From an archaeon (GTDB lineage: Archaea; Nanobdellota; Nanobdellia; Pacearchaeales; GW2011-AR1), in NCBI GenBank assembly GCA_043822125.1, contig JBDRCB010000006.1:123520-187519 (forward strand): a stretch of 64,000 nucleotides of DNA, written 5' to 3'. A model generated the notes under the pieces. It did no database searches. It worked only from the letters and a program-made list of their open reading frames with translations, and was not told the origin of the DNA. Positions 1 to 10,173 of this stretch are shown here, piece after piece; position 1 is the stretch's first letter, and every line of letters begins with the position of its first letter. Position numbers and translations under genes: made by a program.

Positions 1-654
1 CATTTTCAAAAGATAAATCAGGCAAACTTGCAACAGAATAAAGAGTGTTGATTGATTCAGGGATATCGTCGCCGAGAGTTTGTCTGCAGTTAGTGATATT
101 ATACATTATATTGTTTTTATTTGAAGAATGTTCAAATCCCAATACATGTAAAAGCTCGTGCATTGCTATGTTCGGAAAACCGCAGTTGGATTCTCTTATA
201 AGCAGAATCTTTCCGTGAAGGATTACATTAAACAGACTCGTTCCGATAATTTCAGACGGCCCTCCTTCGCCTGCAATAAACAATCCTCCTTCACTTCTGC
301 TTTTGCTATCGCATGTGACAGAAATTTCCTCGTTGGAATCAGCAGAATAAAAATCAAGAATTGTTTTTTCCGCCAAAATGCTGAAAGCACTTTCCATTTC
401 ATTTTTTTTCTGCAGAGGACAGTCATAAATTTTATAGGAAATAGAAGGATAAGGATATCTCATATTTGGATAAAACTGCATTTTTTCCGACGACAAATTG
501 CCGATGCTGAAATTGGAATTCTCATCAAAGACATAAAATTCAAATTTTCCAAACGGAGCAAACAGGTAAATTGTCAGCAATATCACCACAGCCAAAACAA
601 AAAACAAACTGAGCAATAATTTCACTTTGCTGTTGCCCTCTTCCTCATATTCCA
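1..654 (-). CDS. Membrane-anchored metzincin-type zinc metalloprotease (partial; C-terminus lies beyond the window start)
   Basis: Hand translation of the minus strand gives an uninterrupted ORF starting at ATG 654-652: MEYEEEGNSKVKLLLSLFFVLAVVILLTIYLFAPFGKF.... It contains HELLHVLGFEH (HExxHxxGxxH) followed by an IMY Met-turn. It has an N-terminal TM/signal anchor. It is absent from the ORF track because it has no in-window stop. Confidence 0.6.
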
Positions 655-725
655 TATACTAGCATCCAAAAGAAATTTTTAAAAGTATTGAAAAAATAAA
701 AAATAAAAAATTAATAAAAATCTGT

Positions 726-869
726 CTATTCTTCAGTAGATTCATCAGAATCTTCTTCTAAATCATCTGATTTATCTTCTTCTAAATCATCTGATTTGTC
801 TTGTTCTGTCTCTTCTTCAGGGTTTTCAGTATCTTCCTGAACTTCTTCTTCATTTATATTTTCTTCCAT
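726..869 (-). CDS. Small (47 aa) highly acidic protein with a tandem KSDDLEED repeat (hypothetical)
   Basis: Hand-translated minus-strand ORF MEENINEEEVQEDTENPEEETEQDKSDDLEEDKSDDLEEDSDESTEE. It is below the 60-aa cutoff of the ORF track. It may be spurious. Confidence 0.2.
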   Translation of the reverse strand: MEENINEEEVQEDTENPEEETEQDKSDDLEEDKSDDLEEDSDESTEE

Positions 870-921
870 AAAAGACTAAATAAAAAGCGCTTTTAAACTT
901 TTTTATTTAATTAAAATAGAA

Positions 922-1710
922 TTAATTTTCCCCTTTGCGTAGTCTTATTAACTCCTGCTGTTCTTCAACTATTCTCTTTTTAATCTCATTAATCTTATCC
1001 TTATTTTTAATGCTATTGACTTCCTCCTGTGCCTCTCTCAATCTCCTCTCAGCCTCCTCAAGATCCTTGCTCCTCTGAACATCCTCTTCTTTCTCTCTTC
1101 TCAAATCACTCATTTTCTTGACTTTAATCTCCCTTGGCTGTTTTTCCACTTTAATATATTTTTTTGTTTTAAATATAAAAAAAACTAAAAAGAGAAAGAA
1201 CACAACTCCAAAAATATAATATTTATATTTCAAAATACCCTCTGTTCCTGATATAAAATATCCTGATAAAACAGAACTCTTTTCTTCAGATATATTTTCT
1301 TCTAATAGAATATCAACTGTTTCATTTAACAACTCAGTTAAATTAGTCTCATTAACAACCAGTTCTGGAGTTTCAATTAACTTAAACCACGAAGGAGCAA
1401 ATTCAAGATATAAATTCTCTCCTGCAAGATAATTCTCAATAAACTTTTTGGGTCCAAAAATAGTTTCTTCATCTTCCCTTAAACACAAAATAATATCAAA
1501 AGTCGGTTTAGCAGAATTATACTCAAAAAAAACATCCCCATACTCATCAGTAACACCAGAGAATCTTTCAAGAACAGTACTAGAAGAATCAATAATTGTC
1601 ATCTGAATTTCATGTCCTGGGATTGATTTAACATTTATATTTGTAATAGTAGAAGAGACAACCTGCACCGCTAACATCATAAAGATAAAACACATCACTG
1701 CTTTTTTCAT
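922..1710 (-). CDS. Secreted or membrane protein with a C-terminal TM helix and a cytoplasmic K/E-rich coiled-coil tail (hypothetical)
   Basis: ORF 922..1806. The likely start is the internal MKKAVMCFIFMMLAVQVVSS signal peptide. There is a TM segment YIFGVVFFLFLVFFIF followed by a charged coiled-coil. Confidence 0.4.
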   Translation of the reverse strand: MKKAVMCFIFMMLAVQVVSSTITNINVKSIPGHEIQMTIIDSSSTVLERFSGVTDEYGDVFFEYNSAKPTFDIILCLREDEETIFGPKKFIENYLAGENLYLEFAPSWFKLIETPELVVNETNLTELLNETVDILLEENISEEKSSVLSGYFISGTEGILKYKYYIFGVVFFLFLVFFIFKTKKYIKVEKQPREIKVKKMSDLRREKEEDVQRSKDLEEAERRLREAQEEVNSIKNKDKINEIKKRIVEEQQELIRLRKGEN

Positions 1711-1791
1711 AAGAATATTAAAAAATTTCAATTTATAAATTTTTGTAAAGTGCAGGATTATATTTTTAAAGGGCAATTTCATCTTTTTTGG

Positions 1792-2142
1792 ATGAGGGGG
1801 GTGCATATATTAGCTGATTTTGAAGAATGTAAAAACAAAGAGATTTTAATAGACTCAAAAAAACTGGAAAAATCTGTAGAAAAATTAATATTAAAAAACA
1901 GATTAAGTATCGTCGGGAAATGCTTCTATAAATTCGAGAAAGCAGGAGTGACTGGAATCTTCTTGATTGCAGAATCCCATGTCTCTGTCCACACATGGCC
2001 TGAGAAAAACAATTCTTTGAACATGGACATATTCACCTGCAACTATCAGGGAGACAACAGGGAAAAAACACTCGCGCTCTTCAACGACTTAAAGAAACTA
2101 TTCGAGCCTGAAAAAATCACAAAAAAAATAATTGAAAGATAA
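1792..2142 (+). CDS. speH: Pyruvoyl-dependent S-adenosylmethionine decarboxylase proenzyme (SpeH/AdoMetDC class 1). An archaeal pyruvoyl arginine decarboxylase is the alternative
   Basis: Self-processing site motif ESHVSVHTWPE. The size is ~115 aa from the internal Met MRGVHILADFEEC typical of this family. Confidence 0.65.
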   Translation: MRGVHILADFEECKNKEILIDSKKLEKSVEKLILKNRLSIVGKCFYKFEKAGVTGIFLIAESHVSVHTWPEKNNSLNMDIFTCNYQGDNREKTLALFNDLKKLFEPEKITKKIIER

Positions 2143-2181
2143 TTCTAAATAAGTTTTTATATTCATAAAAATTAATATTAT

Positions 2182-3234
2182 ATGCGAGTTTCAAATAAAA
2201 AAAGGGTGTTGTACTTTCTTGGGTTCCTGTTGTCTTTTTATTTATTTATTTTTTCAATTGTAGCAATAAAATATTCTTTCAGTGAAATTGGAGAATCTCT
2301 TCTGACGATAACTCGCGGAGACATCAGTGAAATTAATGCCTTCGGCATCGGCTGGCTTTTAACTTTAGTATTGCAGTCAAGCGGTGCTACGACTTCTACT
2401 CTAATCGCTCTGAATTATGCTGGGATTATTGGTCCTGTAATTCTTATCTTCATGGTTTTAGGAACAAGAATAGGAACAACAATAACTTCTCTTTTTGTCG
2501 CCCTGCTTGTTTCTGCAAAAAGACGTGACTTCAGGCATGGATTTGAAATAGGACTTGCAAACCTCGTCTATGCTGTTCCCGTCGCTGTTGTAATGTTCTT
2601 GGCAGAATACTTTTTCTCCTTTTTCTCTAAAACAGGAAATTACTTTGTTAGTTTTGAGGCCCCATTTAAATTAAATTTTATTGATAGCATCACCTTTCCA
2701 ATAATAAAATTAATTGATATCATTCTTCCAAATTATTTATTTGCTTTGCTCGGAGTTTTGCTTTTAATTGTCAGCCTCAAAAAGATGCCCTCTTTTATGG
2801 TTAAACTCTGGGGCGAAGATTATCTCAGAGAAAAAATCAATAAATATATGGGAAAAAAGAATTTTTCTTTTATAATTGGGTTTCTAATTGCAGTTGTCCT
2901 GACATCAACAAGCATAACAATCACTCTTCTGGTTCCGCTTGCAGTTTCAAGAATAATTAATTTAAAAAAAGCAATTCCTTATATTATTGGGACAAATCTT
3001 GGGGGAGTTGTGGACGCAGTTATCGGAGGACTCATCGTCGGAAAAACAGCAATTCCAGCAGTATTCACCTATGTCTGCTTCAGCTTAATCGGACTGCTCT
3101 GGCTCTTCAACACAGATTTAATGTTCAAAACAACAAAATACATCTCCAAAAAAACATTCCATATTTCAAAGAAAAGAGCGATTTTATTTGTGTTATTGTT
3201 TGTTTTAATCGCAGTTGTCTTGAGTTTTGTATAA
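2182..3234 (+). CDS. Na+/phosphate cotransporter (NptA/Na_Pi_cotrans)-family membrane protein
   Basis: Multi-TM protein with LVLQSSGATTSTLIALNYAG resembling the QSSSATT signature of Na/Pi cotransporter type II-related proteins. Confidence 0.45.
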   Translation: MRVSNKKRVLYFLGFLLSFYLFIFSIVAIKYSFSEIGESLLTITRGDISEINAFGIGWLLTLVLQSSGATTSTLIALNYAGIIGPVILIFMVLGTRIGTTITSLFVALLVSAKRRDFRHGFEIGLANLVYAVPVAVVMFLAEYFFSFFSKTGNYFVSFEAPFKLNFIDSITFPIIKLIDIILPNYLFALLGVLLLIVSLKKMPSFMVKLWGEDYLREKINKYMGKKNFSFIIGFLIAVVLTSTSITITLLVPLAVSRIINLKKAIPYIIGTNLGGVVDAVIGGLIVGKTAIPAVFTYVCFSLIGLLWLFNTDLMFKTTKYISKKTFHISKKRAILFVLLFVLIAVVLSFV

Positions 3235-3810
3235 TTAAGAAATAAAAAGCAAAATTCCTTTTGATGCGAGAATTGACACCATCAAAGTGAAAGTTAAATC
3301 TCCTAAAATAATTGGAACATATAATTTTTTCTTTGGATATTCTATAAATGCAAGAAATATAAGAATAAAATCATTTGGGAAAGGAGTGAAACCCATGTAA
3401 ATATAAGTAACAAAAGGTATTATTTTCCTAACCCATTTCTTTTTTATTTTTTTAGAAAAATTATTTATCTTCTCATCCCATTCTCCTTTAACAAGCTCCC
3501 TCCCTTTAGAACTTATAAAGAGTATTAATCCATCTCCAATTGCAAGCGCTGTTCCTGCTACAATCCCTAATAGAATTGGATTTAAACCTCCAACAGCGAG
3601 GGTGATTAAAGTTGCAATAAAAGAAATTGAACTCCATGTTGAAAAACCTCCAAAAAAAGAAACAACAAAAGCAAGAATATACGAATTCCTTACTCCAATG
3701 CTACTGACCATTTTTTCTGGACCTAAAAAATAAACAAGTGTGCCGAGAGTGATTAAGAAAAGAATCAAAATAAAAAAGAAGATTACATTCTTGTAATATT
3801 TTTTTAGCAT
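3235..3810 (-). CDS. Integral membrane protein (possibly DedA/VTT-like)
   Basis: 191 aa, 4-5 predicted TM helices. No confident family assignment. Confidence 0.35.
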   Translation of the reverse strand: MLKKYYKNVIFFFILILFLITLGTLVYFLGPEKMVSSIGVRNSYILAFVVSFFGGFSTWSSISFIATLITLAVGGLNPILLGIVAGTALAIGDGLILFISSKGRELVKGEWDEKINNFSKKIKKKWVRKIIPFVTYIYMGFTPFPNDFILIFLAFIEYPKKKLYVPIILGDLTFTLMVSILASKGILLFIS

Positions 3811-3886
3811 ATAATTTTACAGATTGAATTTATATAAAACTAACTGAACAGGCGCCCAGGCAGATAGTGTAGGAAGAATTTTAAGA

Positions 3887-4192
3887 TTATTTTTTAGGTT
3901 TCCACTGAAGGACTCTTTCAACAAATATATACAAAAATAGCACTATCAATAATAAACTAAAAAGAGCACTTAAAAAAGAACCTATCCTTATGTTTGCTGA
4001 ACCAATAGAGAGTATAATATCTTCCCATCTTGTAACCTTACTGGAGATTATTGGTCTGACAAGGGGTAAAATTATATCATTAACAATAGATTGTATAAAA
4101 TTTAAAGCAACAATAGCTATGATAAATGATACTGAAATTGCTATAATTCTATATTCTTTAAGAAATCCTACGAATCTTTTGAAAGCTGCCAT
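3887..4192 (-). CDS. mscL: Large-conductance mechanosensitive channel MscL-like
   Basis: 101 aa. FKRFVGFLKEYRIIAISVSFIIAIVA...IVNDIILPLV resembles the MscL N-terminus and TM1 (FKEFxxRGNVVDLAVGVIIG...DIIMP), with two TM helices. Confidence 0.5.
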   Translation of the reverse strand: MAAFKRFVGFLKEYRIIAISVSFIIAIVALNFIQSIVNDIILPLVRPIISSKVTRWEDIILSIGSANIRIGSFLSALFSLLLIVLFLYIFVERVLQWKPKK

Positions 4193-4287
4193 TGGTATTT
4201 ATTATTACTTATTATTTTATAAATCTTCCTTAGAATTTAAACACCCACGCTGTAAGACAAGTATAAATTAAAACACTTGTTTTAATA

Positions 4288-5112
4288 TTAACTAAACCCT
4301 TTACTTATTTTCTCACCCCAAAATGAGGGTAAAGGATTAACAATAAAACCCTTGAAATCATCAGAATAAATGTGAGTCACTCCCCTCACTCCTTTAAATT
4401 TATTAAAAGATGAATTTGCCTCTCTATAAATTTTTTGAATTATTTTTCTTTCAAATTCTTCCTGCAAAAGTGAAGAGGGTTTCAATATAAGAAAGTCTGC
4501 CTGCCTTAAAATATTTATATCAAGGTTTGAAGAATTTTGCGAAATAAAAAGTATACTCAAATTCTTGTGTCTTGCAATCAAAATCAGTTCACTTAAAAGC
4601 TTGTTTGCATTGCTCATCGAACTTCTTGAACTGAATAGAATACCCCCTTCATCAATTAAAACAAAAGAATTATTATTCAACTGATTAATTTCCTGAACAA
4701 CATTTATCCACATTGGCATTTCCTCTTTTTTAAATCCAATCGCATAGCACCTTTTTTTGTTTATTGAATACAAGTTCTCAATGAACCTAATACCAAAGGC
4801 CGTCTTTCCTGTTCCTCGCGCCCCAATAATAATTCCAATCTTACTATCAGCATTAAACACTTTTTTCTCCCATTCATTGTAATCTCCAACATCTGCCTGC
4901 AAAGTTTTAAAAGACTCATATTTAGCTAGAATCATCCCCCTTTTCTTTAAAACTTTTTTCTCTTCTGATTTTTTATCTGAGTATATCTTGATTTTCTTAG
5001 CCCCGCGCCAAAGATAAATAGGGGTTTTAGCCAGGAATATCAGAGACTTACCTGTAAAAGTTTCTTTAAATTGTTTTTTGAATTTTTTTTTAGATTTAGG
5101 CATAAAATACAA
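4288..5112 (-). CDS. P-loop NTPase (Walker A GARGTGKT, Walker B FVLIDE). Possibly Zot/packaging-ATPase-like
   Basis: Motifs read from the translation. The family is uncertain. Confidence 0.45.
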   Translation of the reverse strand: MYFMPKSKKKFKKQFKETFTGKSLIFLAKTPIYLWRGAKKIKIYSDKKSEEKKVLKKRGMILAKYESFKTLQADVGDYNEWEKKVFNADSKIGIIIGARGTGKTAFGIRFIENLYSINKKRCYAIGFKKEEMPMWINVVQEINQLNNNSFVLIDEGGILFSSRSSMSNANKLLSELILIARHKNLSILFISQNSSNLDINILRQADFLILKPSSLLQEEFERKIIQKIYREANSSFNKFKGVRGVTHIYSDDFKGFIVNPLPSFWGEKISKGFS

Positions 5113-5263
5113 AGGAACAGAAAGTTTAAATAAATTTGTCTTAAATTATTTAGTCATAGTCATCGAACCACAAATCAAGATGCTGGGCGTTATCACTTCT
5201 ACCAGACCCCCGCTCCGAACATTTAGATTTAAGAAAATAAGAGCTTAATAAACAACCACAACA

Positions 5264-6292
5264 ATGCTTTTAAACCCCAAAATAATTATATTATTTAATA
5301 TGAAAAAAATACTAATATCTAGTATGATTTTTGTATTAATATTCGCTATGAGTGGTTTTGTTCTGGCTGAAGAAGTAACCGAACCAGAGGAAATTAAACA
5401 ACCATTTCTTGAAGTAATATGGGATGCATTGATGAGTTTACAAGGACAGATAAATTCGTTATTTGGAATATTTGTTAAGACAGAAGATACTGATGATTGG
5501 GATAAGAATATGTATGATGATATAACAGAATGCAGTTGTCAAATAACTCAGGAAGATTATGACTCAATTATTGCAAGATTAAATGCTTTAGAAGGTGTGT
5601 GTATACCTGAAGAAGAAGTTTGCGATGATGGAATAGATAATGATTGTGATGGAGAAATAGATGAGGGTTGTGTTTGTGATTCCTGCATAACTGATAATGA
5701 TTGTATAAATCTTCCAGGAGGAGCTTGTACTTTCCTAGGTGAAGGCAGTTATTGTACACAGGCTTGTGAGGATGATGGAACCTGCCCAGAAGGCTATACA
5801 TGTGAGGATCAGCCGGGAGGAGAGGCGCAGTGTATCCCAATAACACAAAGTTGTTCATGTACAATTGAAACTATAGGCATAACTCAGTCTTGTGAAAACA
5901 TAAACATGTATGGTATTTGTACTGGAACACAAACCTGCAATGAGGCTGGCTGGACTGCATGTGATGCTATAATTCCTGAACTAGAAACCTGTGACGGATT
6001 AGATAATGATTGTGATGGACAAATTGATGAAGAAGAAGTATGCGGCGAATGTTCTATTGCATTAGATTGTGATGATGGATTATACTGCAATGGTGTAGAA
6101 GTTTGCTTTGAGGGTTCGTGTGTTAGCTTAGGCGATTCTCCCTGCCCAGGCCCTGATGGCGATATTGATTGTAGTGAGTCCTGTGATGAAAGTTCAGATG
6201 ATTGCACTGCAAATGATCCTGATAGTTCGTTCTGTTCATATAGTGGATTAGATGATGGAATGTGTACTTCAGGAACATGTATGTCTATTTAA
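5264..6292 (+). CDS. Secreted Cys-rich protein with repeated CxDGxDNDCDGxIDE putative metal-binding (MopE-like) motifs
   Basis: N-terminal signal or TM segment. Motifs CDDGIDNDCDGEIDEG and CDGLDNDCDGQIDEE. About 45 Cys. Confidence 0.55.
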   Translation: MLLNPKIIILFNMKKILISSMIFVLIFAMSGFVLAEEVTEPEEIKQPFLEVIWDALMSLQGQINSLFGIFVKTEDTDDWDKNMYDDITECSCQITQEDYDSIIARLNALEGVCIPEEEVCDDGIDNDCDGEIDEGCVCDSCITDNDCINLPGGACTFLGEGSYCTQACEDDGTCPEGYTCEDQPGGEAQCIPITQSCSCTIETIGITQSCENINMYGICTGTQTCNEAGWTACDAIIPELETCDGLDNDCDGQIDEEEVCGECSIALDCDDGLYCNGVEVCFEGSCVSLGDSPCPGPDGDIDCSESCDESSDDCTANDPDSSFCSYSGLDDGMCTSGTCMSI

Positions 6293-6390
6293 TTTCTTTT
6301 TTCTTTCATTTTTCATTACCTAAATATTTTTAATATATGATTTTTTAATTATTTTAATATATAGCTGAAAGGGGGTTTAAATAAAATAGC

Positions 6391-7137
6391 ATGAAAAAAA
6401 CAATAATAGCATTATGTATGATTTCTATATTAATAGTTTCTGTTGGGATTGTAATGGCTGTTTCTGCAAAGAATCAGAAAGTAGAATCTAGTTTGCCAGA
6501 AGATTTATCATACACTACTTATCATGGAAAAGGTATTTGGAGTACAACACATATTTTAAGAAAAGATGATGTAAAACCAGAGAAAGAAGTTTCTAAAAAA
6601 CCAGCCACAACAGGTCCAAAGTGTTATAAATTAATGGGTGTTAAATGGTCAGATACACCAGATTATGTAGCTCAGACACAAGATTTACTTGATATAGCAG
6701 AAATTTCTATAGGAACCTGGGATGGTGCAACTAATTTTGATTTACTTGGTGATGAGGTAGTTGATGAACTTGCAGGATTTGGAGATATTAATAATCCTAT
6801 AATGGATGAAAAAAATTCGTATTCGTATGGAGATTATCCTTTAGATGGAGTCATAGCAGTTTGTCGAACATGGTGGAATGCGGATAGAGAAATTATTGAA
6901 TACGATATAATGTTTGACACAGATTTCACTTGGGGAGATGCAACAGAAAGTGATTCGGTAATGGACCTCCAAAACATTGCAACTCATGAAATAGGTCATG
7001 CATTCGGTTTATCAGATTTATACACAAAAAAATGTGTAGACCAAACAATGTATGGATACAGCGACTATGGAGAAACGAATAAGCAAACATTAGGAACAGG
7101 CGACATCAACGGAATCCGGGCACTCTACGGAATATAA
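6391..7137 (+). CDS. Secreted metzincin (snapalysin/M7-like or matrixin-like) zinc metalloprotease
   Basis: Signal peptide. HEIGHAFGLSDLY (HExxHxxGxxD) followed by a Met-turn (QTMYGY). Confidence 0.6.
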   Translation: MKKTIIALCMISILIVSVGIVMAVSAKNQKVESSLPEDLSYTTYHGKGIWSTTHILRKDDVKPEKEVSKKPATTGPKCYKLMGVKWSDTPDYVAQTQDLLDIAEISIGTWDGATNFDLLGDEVVDELAGFGDINNPIMDEKNSYSYGDYPLDGVIAVCRTWWNADREIIEYDIMFDTDFTWGDATESDSVMDLQNIATHEIGHAFGLSDLYTKKCVDQTMYGYSDYGETNKQTLGTGDINGIRALYGI

Positions 7138-7195
7138 AATCAATTTATTTTTTTATTTTAATTTTTCTTTTATTTTTTAAGAAGTATTAATTAGA

Positions 7196-8584
7196 TTAAC
7201 TATTTATATAAATCACCAAAGGATAATCCCTCACAATTAAATCATTAATTGTATTTTCTTCAACTATTAAATTTTGTTCATAACCTTCAAGAACATCAAC
7301 AGCAACAGATTGTTTTCCATTTAACTCGCTGGATGTTAGGTCGGCATTTACTCCTGCATCATCATCAACAGCTACGCCGTCTGTCCATAATACAATTAGC
7401 TTGTCTCCGTTTGATAAAGAGAAAGTGTAATATTCGATGTTTGTTGCTTGGCTTTGTATTTCTATTTCTAGGTTTGTTGGAGTTGCCCCTGCCATGATTG
7501 TTGCTAAGTTTTTAACAACTTTCATCTTTGGTAAATTATCTCCAGATTCAAGTTCACCCATTCCTGCAATTAAACCCAAACCTAAGTTAATAATAATTCC
7601 TCTTGCATAATATTTTGCAGCTGTAATCTCAGTATATATCCAGGATTCATCTGGGTGTGGATTTCTTGCAGTCCGCCAGCACATTTCATCAACCAGATAT
7701 TCTCCAGTAAAACCATTAGAAGAAGATGTGCTTTTTATTCCCTGAATAAAAGAAGGATAATCATAATAATACTGTTTGAGGGCCTCATAATCTGGTGAAG
7801 TTCCATACATAGAATGGAAAGAAATTCCATCTGCTAAAGTCATTATTTCAGATTCTATAAGACCAAGAAAATATTCTTCAGGCTCTGTCTGACGCAAATC
7901 TGAAACAGCCCCAATAATTATCTTGGCTTCTGGGTCTTCTTGTTGAATAACAGGAACAACTCTCTTAACCAAATTAATATAATCATCTATTTTCACATTC
8001 TGTTGAGTGCCTTCACAATGATTCGGTTCATTTAATATTTCATAATAATCCACATATCCTTTTAGATTACTGACAATAAACTGCACATAATCAAGATAAT
8101 TTTGTATTTCTTCTTCTGTTTTAAATTTAGAATATTCTTCTCCTTCAGTTTCAGTGTCAATTGTTTCATCCCAAAAAATTAAAGTATACACTATTTTTAT
8201 GCCTTTTTCATCTAATTTTTTAATCGCTTCTATTTGATTTGGATCAATAAAATGTGTAGAGTATACTCCTTTGTCTTCTGCTTCATCCCAATCAAACCAA
8301 TCAAAACTTAAACGAATTCTGGTTAGTCCTAATTCATTAACTTCATCGAGAAAATAATTTAGGTGTCTTTCAGAATAAATATCTGCTTGCAACATACGCC
8401 CCATATGATTATCTTCTAATTCTTCAGATGTTTTTGCTTGGAATTGAGTTATCTCTAATGTGTTTTCTTTTTGGAACCATTCTTCATCTTCTACAACAAA
8501 CTTATCTCCACTAAAATAAATATATCCAACTACACCTACAATAATAACTAATGCTATAATTACAAATATCACACTCTTTTTCAT
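7196..8584 (-). CDS. Glycoside hydrolase family 5-like (cellulase superfamily), membrane-anchored or secreted
   Basis: N-terminal TM segment. EILNEPNH (GH5 NEP acid/base motif). Candidate nucleophile region GELESG. Confidence 0.5.
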   Translation of the reverse strand: MKKSVIFVIIALVIIVGVVGYIYFSGDKFVVEDEEWFQKENTLEITQFQAKTSEELEDNHMGRMLQADIYSERHLNYFLDEVNELGLTRIRLSFDWFDWDEAEDKGVYSTHFIDPNQIEAIKKLDEKGIKIVYTLIFWDETIDTETEGEEYSKFKTEEEIQNYLDYVQFIVSNLKGYVDYYEILNEPNHCEGTQQNVKIDDYINLVKRVVPVIQQEDPEAKIIIGAVSDLRQTEPEEYFLGLIESEIMTLADGISFHSMYGTSPDYEALKQYYYDYPSFIQGIKSTSSSNGFTGEYLVDEMCWRTARNPHPDESWIYTEITAAKYYARGIIINLGLGLIAGMGELESGDNLPKMKVVKNLATIMAGATPTNLEIEIQSQATNIEYYTFSLSNGDKLIVLWTDGVAVDDDAGVNADLTSSELNGKQSVAVDVLEGYEQNLIVEENTINDLIVRDYPLVIYINS

Positions 8585-8589
8585 TTTAA

Positions 8590-10140
8590 CTATCTAATAC
8601 AAACACCATCTTGACAACCATTTGGGCAGGAATATGAAATTGAACTAACCCCATTATTATCCCCGCAAAAACCTTCTGCTAATTTTTTATCATCTATACA
8701 AGTGTCAATATGATACTGAGTAAAACCAGTGGTTTGGTGTTTTCCAACTACAGTTCCTTTAACATAATAATCCCTTCCTCCATCAGAATCTGCGCATTCT
8801 CCTTCAAACTCTTCTTTTGTTACCCACTCAGAAGGTGCCCCCTGCACACACTCGCCATTTTGGCAGACACATTCCCCATTTTGACAAACATGCGCATAGT
8901 CGCAACCATTTCTTTTTCCTTCACAATCTGAACATGAACAATCTTCATTTGGCTGATCACAAATAGAGTCTGAATTACAAATTATACATGCACCATCTTC
9001 GCAACCATATGGACAAACATACTCCTCAGAATATCTTTCATTACGCGTTACCATACTCATGGTTGTTGGACACACCCACTCTGTTAATGTGTCTCCATCA
9101 CAGGAGTCTCTCTCTATTCCCTCTTCAGCCTCTCCTGTTTTAATAGTTATAATTTTATACTCTACTGTTCCTTTCCTATAATAATAATTTAACATATCGA
9201 GGAACATACCTTCTTCATGAGTGCTTCTTAAATGTGCAATATACTCTGGTGAATAAAGTCCATCAGAATCATCACAACACCATTTTGTTTTATAATTCCA
9301 ATAACTACCACCGCCAGTACAAGGATATGCTTGTGCAGGATATGATGGTAAATCATCACAAGGTTTATCAGGAGTACAGTAACGAGGAGGAGCAGTTAAA
9401 AGTCCACTTTTAATCAGTTCATTACATTCTTCTGCTGTTGTTGCTCCTGCTTCTTGACAACTTGCACTAATAATAAATATTGAATCAGGACTTAAATTTT
9501 CTGGAATATTTATAATTATACCTTCTAATTCTTCCAGCATCTTTATTGCCTCAGCTATTGCATCAGTATAATCTGGTTGACCAAAGTCCTCAAATCTCTG
9601 CTTAAGTATTTCTAATATTTCAGCATGACTCTGAATATGCTCATTTAATTTCATAGCATCCTTTTTCTTTACCCTTTCCGTTGAACCTTCAAACTTTTTC
9701 ATTTGTTTTTGTGCTTCTAATTGTGCTTTTTTTGCCTCTGTTGTTTTATTCTTATTAGCCATTTCATCCATTTCAGCCATTCTTTCCTGCATTATCTCTA
9801 ATCTAACTTTAGATTTACCTAAAGAAGTTGGAGTTAAAGTTGCTTTTGCATTATCTAAAAAAACATCTGCACCATAAAGTACACTATCAGGAGTTATGCC
9901 TGCTTTTGGCATCATATCAGCCAGTTCTTCATCTTCTTCACTTATATTAATTTCTGTCTCATTGGTTGTTTCATTAGTTTCTGTCACATTAATCTCAGCA
10001 GTCTTATTAGCTTCTGTTTCATTAGTAGGAGGAGTTGCATTACCAATTTCTGTCTCATTAGATTCAGCACTTACAAGACTAACAGAAATCAACAATATCG
10101 ATATTGCTACTAAAATAAATACTATGCCCTCTTTTTTCAT
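8590..10140 (-). CDS. Secreted protein with an N-terminal N-glycosylation-sequon-rich Thr/Glu region, a central coiled-coil and a C-terminal Cys-rich domain (hypothetical)
   Basis: Signal peptide MKKEGIVFILVAISILLISVSLVSA. Many N-x-T/S sequons. The C-terminal ~250 aa contain more than 30 Cys. Confidence 0.45.
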   Translation of the reverse strand: MKKEGIVFILVAISILLISVSLVSAESNETEIGNATPPTNETEANKTAEINVTETNETTNETEINISEEDEELADMMPKAGITPDSVLYGADVFLDNAKATLTPTSLGKSKVRLEIMQERMAEMDEMANKNKTTEAKKAQLEAQKQMKKFEGSTERVKKKDAMKLNEHIQSHAEILEILKQRFEDFGQPDYTDAIAEAIKMLEELEGIIINIPENLSPDSIFIISASCQEAGATTAEECNELIKSGLLTAPPRYCTPDKPCDDLPSYPAQAYPCTGGGSYWNYKTKWCCDDSDGLYSPEYIAHLRSTHEEGMFLDMLNYYYRKGTVEYKIITIKTGEAEEGIERDSCDGDTLTEWVCPTTMSMVTRNERYSEEYVCPYGCEDGACIICNSDSICDQPNEDCSCSDCEGKRNGCDYAHVCQNGECVCQNGECVQGAPSEWVTKEEFEGECADSDGGRDYYVKGTVVGKHQTTGFTQYHIDTCIDDKKLAEGFCGDNNGVSSISYSCPNGCQDGVCIR

Positions 10141-10152
10141 AATGTTAACAAC

Positions 10153-10173
10153 AAAAAGAAGTTTAAATAATTA
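10153..10173 (-). promoter_or_regulatory. Shared promoter element AAAAAGAAGTTTAAATAATTA (plus strand; contains a TTTAAATA TATA-like box) upstream of the secreted-protein gene 8590..10140. An identical copy at 14648..14668 lies upstream of 13097..14635
   Basis: 21/21 identical sequences, both ending 20-33 nt upstream of the minus-strand start codons. Confidence 0.45.

Noticed and set aside
158-619. 153-aa plus-strand ORF in the track
   Set aside because: It lies antisense to a much more convincing metzincin ORF (HExxHxxGxxH) on the minus strand, and its own translation is low-complexity with no motifs. It is treated as spurious.
5568-6207. His/Gln-rich and Ser-rich minus-strand ORFs (5568..5864, 5884..6207)
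   Set aside because: They lie entirely antisense within the Cys-rich DNDCDG protein gene, and their composition mirrors the sense strand's codon bias.
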